A DNA stretch of 64,000 bases from Planctomycetota bacterium. Lineage in GTDB: Bacteria > Planctomycetota > B15-G4. Below, one piece after another: positions 58,988 through 64,000 of this stretch; position 1 is the first letter of the stretch; every line of letters starts with the position of its first letter. The stretch spans positions 82,122-146,121 of the forward strand of contig JBBQUR010000013.1 of NCBI GenBank assembly GCA_038212275.1, in the 5' to 3' direction. The translations under genes and the position numbers were made by a program. The notes under the pieces are model-generated. The model ran no database searches. It had not been told where the DNA came from and saw only the letters and a program-made list of their open reading frames with translations.

Positions 58988-60124
58988 ATGGACCCCATCA
59001 AGACCGACTGCCGGCACTTCCGGACCGATCGCCCCTGCACACCGCACAAGCGGGAAGGGGTGGTGTGCGCCACCTGCACCGTGCACTACGACCCGATCCG
59101 TACGCGCATCCTGCTCGTGAAGCTCGCGGCCATCGGCGACGTGCTGCGCACCACGAGCCTGCTGCCCGGCATCCACCGCCGCTGGCCGCACGCGCACCTC
59201 ACCTGGGTCACGGCGCCGGGAGCTGCCTCGCTGTTCCGCGGCAACCGCCAGGTGGATCGCGTGCTGCCCTTTCACGGCAGCGCACCCATCGAACTGCTGG
59301 CGGAGGCCTTCGACGTCATCCTCAACCCGGACGCCGCGGCCGACAGCTGCGCGCTGGCGCACGTCGCACGCCTCGCGCCGGGCGGCGTGCGCGTCGGCTT
59401 CGACGTGGACGACCGCGGCGCCCCGCGCGCGCTCTCTCCCGCCGCCGAGACCTGGTTGGAGATGGGGCTCCGCGACGACAGGAAGCGCGCCAACACGACC
59501 ACCTACCAGGAGCACATGGCCGCCATCCTCGGCGTCGACTACCGGCGCGAGAGCCCGGTGCTCTCGCTGGACCCGGAGGATCTCGCGCCCGGCGCGGACC
59601 TGCTCGTCCACCATCCGCGCAAGGCAGGCAAGCTGGTCATCGGCCTGAACACCGGCGCCGGCGGGCGCTGGAAGTTCAAGCGCTGGACCGAGGGCGGCTA
59701 CACGGAACTCATCCGCCGCCTGGTGAAAGAAGGCCACCGCGTGCTGCTGCTTGGCGGCCCCGAGGAGCTCGAGCGCAACGCGCGCCTTGCGGCGGCCAGC
59801 GGCGGCCACGCCATCGAGACCGGCTGCGAGAACACGCTGCGGCAGTTCGCCGGCATCGTGGAGCAATGCGACGTCGTCGTCACCGGCGACACGCTCGCGA
59901 TGCACGTGGCCATCGCGCGCGGCAAGCGCGTCGTCGTGCTCTTCGGCCCGACCTCGCTGCACGAGATCGAGGTCTTCGAGCGCGGCGAGCGCATCGCGCC
60001 CGAGCTCGACTGCCTCGTCTGCTACAAGTCCGACTGCGACTTCGTGCCCAACTGCATGGAGTCCATCGGCATCGACACGGTGCACGCCGCCGTGACGAGA
60101 CAGGGGCGCGCGGTCGCCTCATGA
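58988..60124 (+). CDS. GT9 (heptosyltransferase-like) glycosyltransferase with Cys clusters
   Basis: IGDVLRTT, KRW, LLGGPEE, VTGDTLAMHVAIA, LFGPT. Confidence 0.9.
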   Translation: MDPIKTDCRHFRTDRPCTPHKREGVVCATCTVHYDPIRTRILLVKLAAIGDVLRTTSLLPGIHRRWPHAHLTWVTAPGAASLFRGNRQVDRVLPFHGSAPIELLAEAFDVILNPDAAADSCALAHVARLAPGGVRVGFDVDDRGAPRALSPAAETWLEMGLRDDRKRANTTTYQEHMAAILGVDYRRESPVLSLDPEDLAPGADLLVHHPRKAGKLVIGLNTGAGGRWKFKRWTEGGYTELIRRLVKEGHRVLLLGGPEELERNARLAAASGGHAIETGCENTLRQFAGIVEQCDVVVTGDTLAMHVAIARGKRVVVLFGPTSLHEIEVFERGERIAPELDCLVCYKSDCDFVPNCMESIGIDTVHAAVTRQGRAVAS

Positions 60125-60140
60125 GGCGGCGCAGCACGGC

Positions 60141-60881
60141 ATGAAGATCGTCGTCACCGTGCCCACCTGGAACGAGATCGAGAACATCGTCTCGCTGGCC
60201 GAGGACATCCTGCGCCAGGACGGCGCCATCGAGGTGCTCGTCGCCGACGACAACTCCCCCGACGGCACGTGGCGCGCCGTGGCGGAGCTGGCCGCGCGCC
60301 AGCCGCGCGTGCACCTGCTGCATCGCACCACCGACAAGGGCCGCGGGCGCGCAGGCCGCGCCGCCTTCGCCTGGGCGCTGGACCACGGCGCAGACCTCGT
60401 CTTCGAGATGGACGCCGACTGGAGCCACCACCCGCGCCACCTGCCCGCGATGATCGCCGCGCTGGGCAGCCACGACCTGGTGCTGGGCAGCCGCCGCGTG
60501 CCGGGCGGCGCGGACATCGGCCGCCCCGCCGCGCGCCGCTGGCTGACGGGCCTCTCCAATCTCTACGTGAAGCTGCTGCTCGGCCTGCCGGTGGCCGACT
60601 GCAACTCCGGCTACCGCGGCTTCCGGCGCGAGGCGCTGGAACGCATCGAGGTGCGCAACGCCTTCTCCCCGGGCCCCGCGATCGTGCACGAGCTGCTCTA
60701 CAAGGCGCGCGTGCGCGGCTGCCGCATCACCGAGGTGCCCATTCAATTCCACGAGCGCGAGCGCGGCACCTCCTCGCTCACCTTCCGGACGCTGCTGCGC
60801 AGCTACACCACCGTGCTGCGCCTGAAGTGGCTGGGCCTCACCGGCCAGCTCTTCAAGGCCCCCGCCCCGGAGGCCGCATGA
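60141..60881 (+). CDS. Second polyprenol monophosphomannose synthase-like GT2
   Basis: PTWNE, DDNSPDGT, EMDADWSHHP, GSRRV, DCNSGYRGFRR. Confidence 0.9.
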   Translation: MKIVVTVPTWNEIENIVSLAEDILRQDGAIEVLVADDNSPDGTWRAVAELAARQPRVHLLHRTTDKGRGRAGRAAFAWALDHGADLVFEMDADWSHHPRHLPAMIAALGSHDLVLGSRRVPGGADIGRPAARRWLTGLSNLYVKLLLGLPVADCNSGYRGFRREALERIEVRNAFSPGPAIVHELLYKARVRGCRITEVPIQFHERERGTSSLTFRTLLRSYTTVLRLKWLGLTGQLFKAPAPEAA

Positions 60882-62416
60882 CACCACGTGCGCAGCACTC
60901 GACGCGCGCCGCGACGCTCTCCGTCGTGCTCGGCGTGGTGCTCGCCGGCTGCGGCGGGGCCGACAAGGCTCCGCTGAACGTGCTCGTCATCACGCTGGAC
61001 ACGCTGCGCGCGGATCGCGTCGGCGCCTACGGCTACATGCGCGACACGACGCCGCACCTCGATGCCTTCGCGAAGGAGTCGGTGCTCTTCGAACAGGCCT
61101 TCGCGGCCAGCAGCTTCACGCCGCCGACGCACGCGTCCATCCTGACGGGCCGCTATCCCGGCGAGCACGGCATGCTGCACTGGAACAAGCACCTCGCCGA
61201 CGTGCCCACCGCCGCGCAGCTCTTCGCCGAGGCCGGCTATCGCACCGGCGCCTTCACGCCGATGCCCACGCTGCTCAAGCTGGGGCTCGACAAGGGCTTC
61301 ACCGAACAGCAGAGCCCGCCCCATCACGTGAACGGCCAGCAGATCGTGCTGGCCGACGCGGACGCGATCAACGCCGTGGCGCTGCCCTGGCTCACCGCGT
61401 CGGCGGAGCAGACAGGCGGCAAGCCCTTCTTCGCGTGGGTGCACTACTACGACGCGCACCGCCCGTACGGCCGGCAAGGGCCGGAGTGGTCGGGCAGATT
61501 CGCCCGGCCCGATGACCCCGCCGTCGGCGCGACCGAGGAGTGGTATCAGCTCAGCGCCGACGAGCGCGCGAAGCTGGCGCTCGACACGGACAAGGTGGAC
61601 CTCATCGAGGATCACTACGACGGCGGCCTGACCTACCTCGACGACCGCGTCGGCCGTCTGCTCGACGAGCTGCGCGCCAGGGGCGTGCTGCAGCACACGA
61701 TCGTCGTCATCCTCGCGGACCACGGCGAGATCTTCGACGAGCACGAGCCGGAGTGGTTCGCGCACGATCCCTACCTCTTCGACGAGAACGTGCACATCCC
61801 GTTCATGCTGCGCTTCCCCGACGGCCGGCTCGCCGGCGTGCACGTGGGCGCCCTCGTCAGCCAGGTGGACGTGCTGCCCACGCTGCTCGCGCTGGCCGGC
61901 ATCGCGCCGCCGCCGGGCGGGCTCTCGGGCCTCGACCTGCAGCCCGCGCTCGATCGCGCGCGCCTTCCGCGCGAGCTGGTCTTCGCCGAGCGCATCGGTG
62001 ACGACCTCTCGGATCGCAAGGGCAGCCAGCCACCGAAGGAAGCGGCCGTGAAGGCCTCGCGCGACCGGCAGTACATGGTGCGCAGCGCCACGCGCAAGCT
62101 GCTGATCTACGAGGACCGCGGCAGCGCAGCCTTCTTCGCCACCGACGTGCTGGGCGGCGAGCAGGTGGATCTCGCCACGCAGGAGCCCGATGCCGTGCAG
62201 GCCGCGCTGCACGCCTGCGCGCAATGGATGCAGTCGCTGCACAAGCCCGGCGCCGCCGCCGCAGCCAACGGACTCAGCGACGAAGAGATCCGACTCCTCG
62301 AGAGCATCGGCTACATGCACGGCACCACGGCCCCGCCAGGGCACACGCCCGACCAGGCTCCCGATGATCCGTCCGTCGACCGGGCGCCGGACGGCGACGC
62401 GAGTCCGCACCGGTGA
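60878..62416 (+). CDS. Sulfatase-like (alkaline phosphatase superfamily) lipoprotein with a Thr-type active-site motif
   Basis: Lipobox LAGC, ITLDTLRADR, FTPPTHASILTGRYP, HYYDAHRPY, ADHGE. ATGA overlap with the upstream gene. Confidence 0.9.
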   Translation: MTPRAQHSTRAATLSVVLGVVLAGCGGADKAPLNVLVITLDTLRADRVGAYGYMRDTTPHLDAFAKESVLFEQAFAASSFTPPTHASILTGRYPGEHGMLHWNKHLADVPTAAQLFAEAGYRTGAFTPMPTLLKLGLDKGFTEQQSPPHHVNGQQIVLADADAINAVALPWLTASAEQTGGKPFFAWVHYYDAHRPYGRQGPEWSGRFARPDDPAVGATEEWYQLSADERAKLALDTDKVDLIEDHYDGGLTYLDDRVGRLLDELRARGVLQHTIVVILADHGEIFDEHEPEWFAHDPYLFDENVHIPFMLRFPDGRLAGVHVGALVSQVDVLPTLLALAGIAPPPGGLSGLDLQPALDRARLPRELVFAERIGDDLSDRKGSQPPKEAAVKASRDRQYMVRSATRKLLIYEDRGSAAFFATDVLGGEQVDLATQEPDAVQAALHACAQWMQSLHKPGAAAAANGLSDEEIRLLESIGYMHGTTAPPGHTPDQAPDDPSVDRAPDGDASPHR

Positions 62417-63777
62417 GCAGCACGCCGACGTCCGCTCCCGCGCGCGGGCCGGCGGATCACGGCAGTCGCCGCTGGACCGTGCTGCTCTGGGTGCTCGCGC
62501 TGGTGGCGCCCGTCGGCGCGCTGCTCCAACCTCTGCTTTTCCCGTCGCGCTCGCACATGCCGCAGGTGGACCGGCAGCTCAACTCGCCGGTGATCCTCGT
62601 CACCGTCGCGGGCCTGCGCCCGGACCGCCTGCATCACCTCGGTTACGAGCGCGCCATCACGCCCGGCCTCGACCGCATGGCCGAGCAGGGCACGAGCTTC
62701 CGGAACTTCTACAGCAACAGCAACGACACCGCGGAGACCGTGGCGGCCATGTTCAGCGGGCGCTGCCCGTCGCGCACCGGCGTGCAGTCCGGAAAGGGCG
62801 AGCTGCCGCCGCACACCGAGACGCTGCCGCTGCGCTTCGCCGCCGCCGGCTACACGACCATCGCGTTGCTCGCCAACCCGGAGCTGGCCGGGCACGGCAT
62901 CGAGCAGGGTTTCCAGAGCGTGAAGGGCATGGCCGGCGCCACTGCGGATCAGGTCTTCGACGCGGCCCTGACCTCCATCGCCGGCGTGGACAGCAATCGC
63001 TACTTTCTCTGGATCGATCTCGCCGAGCTGACCGAACCCTTCGGCGGCGCCTCGCTCGACATGCACGCCGCCGCGCCCGATGCGCCCGCCGACTTCGGCT
63101 CCACGCGGGCCGACTACGACCTCGACGCCGCCGAACTCGCACGCCGCGGCTGGGGCCCGCGCGAGCTGGGCTGGCTGTCGTTGCGCTACGACGCGGCCCT
63201 CGCGCGGCTCGATGCGGCGCTGTTGCGCTTCACCGAGGCGCTGCACAGCGAGCACCGGCTCGAGACGCTGACGCTCTGCGTGGTCGGCACGCGAGGCGAG
63301 CGCCTCGCCGAGGACTCCGGACGCCTGTTCACGCACGGCACGGACCTCTACGAGCCGTCGATCCACGTGCCCTGCCTCATGCGCCTGCCGGCGCAGCAGG
63401 CGCGCGGCCAGCAGACGCAGCGCTTCGGGCAGACCGCGGACCTCGGCCCGACGCTGGTCGAGTTCGGCACGAAGCGCGAGTGGGCGACGCCCGTGGGCCT
63501 CTCGCTCTGCAAGGCCATCCTGCTGCAGTACGACCCGAACAAATTCATCGCCGCCGAGGGCCGCGTCCAACCCGTCGCCGACGGCCCTGCCAGCCGCGGT
63601 ACCGCGCTGCGGCCCGGCCAGTACAAGTTGATCCTCGGCGCCGACGGCCAGCCGCGCGAGGTCTACAAGTTGACCGACGACCCGAGGGAGAAGTCCCCTC
63701 TGACGTTCGGGCGCGAGCAGCTGGAGCTCCTGCTGGGGAGGTGCAGTGCATGGCTGGAGCGGTGCGCGGCGCGATAG
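62413..63777 (+). CDS. Degenerate sulfatase-like membrane-anchored protein
   Basis: N-terminal TM, VTVAGLRPDRL, TPGLD, YDAALARLD, GTRGE, HGTDLYEPSIHVP. Metal ligands are substituted. Confidence 0.8.
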   Translation: MSSTPTSAPARGPADHGSRRWTVLLWVLALVAPVGALLQPLLFPSRSHMPQVDRQLNSPVILVTVAGLRPDRLHHLGYERAITPGLDRMAEQGTSFRNFYSNSNDTAETVAAMFSGRCPSRTGVQSGKGELPPHTETLPLRFAAAGYTTIALLANPELAGHGIEQGFQSVKGMAGATADQVFDAALTSIAGVDSNRYFLWIDLAELTEPFGGASLDMHAAAPDAPADFGSTRADYDLDAAELARRGWGPRELGWLSLRYDAALARLDAALLRFTEALHSEHRLETLTLCVVGTRGERLAEDSGRLFTHGTDLYEPSIHVPCLMRLPAQQARGQQTQRFGQTADLGPTLVEFGTKREWATPVGLSLCKAILLQYDPNKFIAAEGRVQPVADGPASRGTALRPGQYKLILGADGQPREVYKLTDDPREKSPLTFGREQLELLLGRCSAWLERCAAR

Positions 63778-63778
63778 A

Positions 63779-63859
63779 CGGCTTTGCTTCGCGGTCGCGC
63801 CGGGGGTGCTGACCGCGCTGGGGGCGAGGAGGAATGTGAGTCGCTTGGGGCGGGGGGTG
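63779..63859 (+). repeat. Dispersed nested-hairpin element, copy 3 (5' part only)
   Basis: 69/81 ungapped identity to the reverse complement of 26676-26756. Starts 1 nt after the stop codon. Confidence 0.9.
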
Positions 63860-64000
63860 TGACCTTGCCCCATTTCGGTGGACACATGGTTAAGCCTCAA
63901 CGGGCATCGTAGCCGATGCCGTTGGAGCGGGACGGGGGGAGCCGCGCGAAGCCAGCCCTCGGCTGGCTGAAGCGAAGCGCGGCGTTCCGGGGGCGGAGCC
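63860..64000 (-). mobile_element. Putative IS3-family insertion sequence, right end (continues beyond the window)
   Basis: Minus strand ends ...GAGGCTTAACCATGTGTCCACCGAAATGGGGCAAGGTCA: an IS3-like IR with terminal CA, preceded by a TAA closing an open frame. Homology to the repeat stops exactly here. No transposase core is visible in the window. Confidence 0.65.

Overview
This is a very GC-rich, gene-dense chromosomal window. The host is probably a Planctomycetota-like or related diderm bacterium, inferred from gene content and not tested. 1-21.3 kb is one long minus-strand run: a GT-C-like pair, efp-accB-accC, a FecR-like gene, nucleotide-sugar genes (uxs-like, glmS, two epimerases, rmlA/D/B) and a Wza/Wzc/Wzy-like polysaccharide locus resembling exosortase-A-associated EPS clusters, ending in a truncated asnB-like gene. 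The middle contains an amidinotransferase, moaC/mogA, an S41 protease, an ABC-permease/M1-aminopeptidase fusion with its ATPase, a MoaD/ThiS + BNR-propeller pair, DJ-1, a radical SAM gene, DUF4139, three microcompartment vertex genes, tRNA-Arg(UCG), a class II aldolase, pgi, a lone RND pump, pruA, a metzincin and FNR. The right end is a GT2/GT87/GT9/sulfatase-like envelope-glycosylation cluster. The most unusual non-genic signal is a ~210-230 bp nested-hairpin dispersed repeat in three copies. Each copy lies just 3' of a stop codon in the sense orientation. The third copy is cut by what looks like an IS3-family terminal inverted repeat at the window edge. Several genes also show a leaderless-type TANNNT-N6-9-ATG start. 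All alignments and family calls were made by eye.
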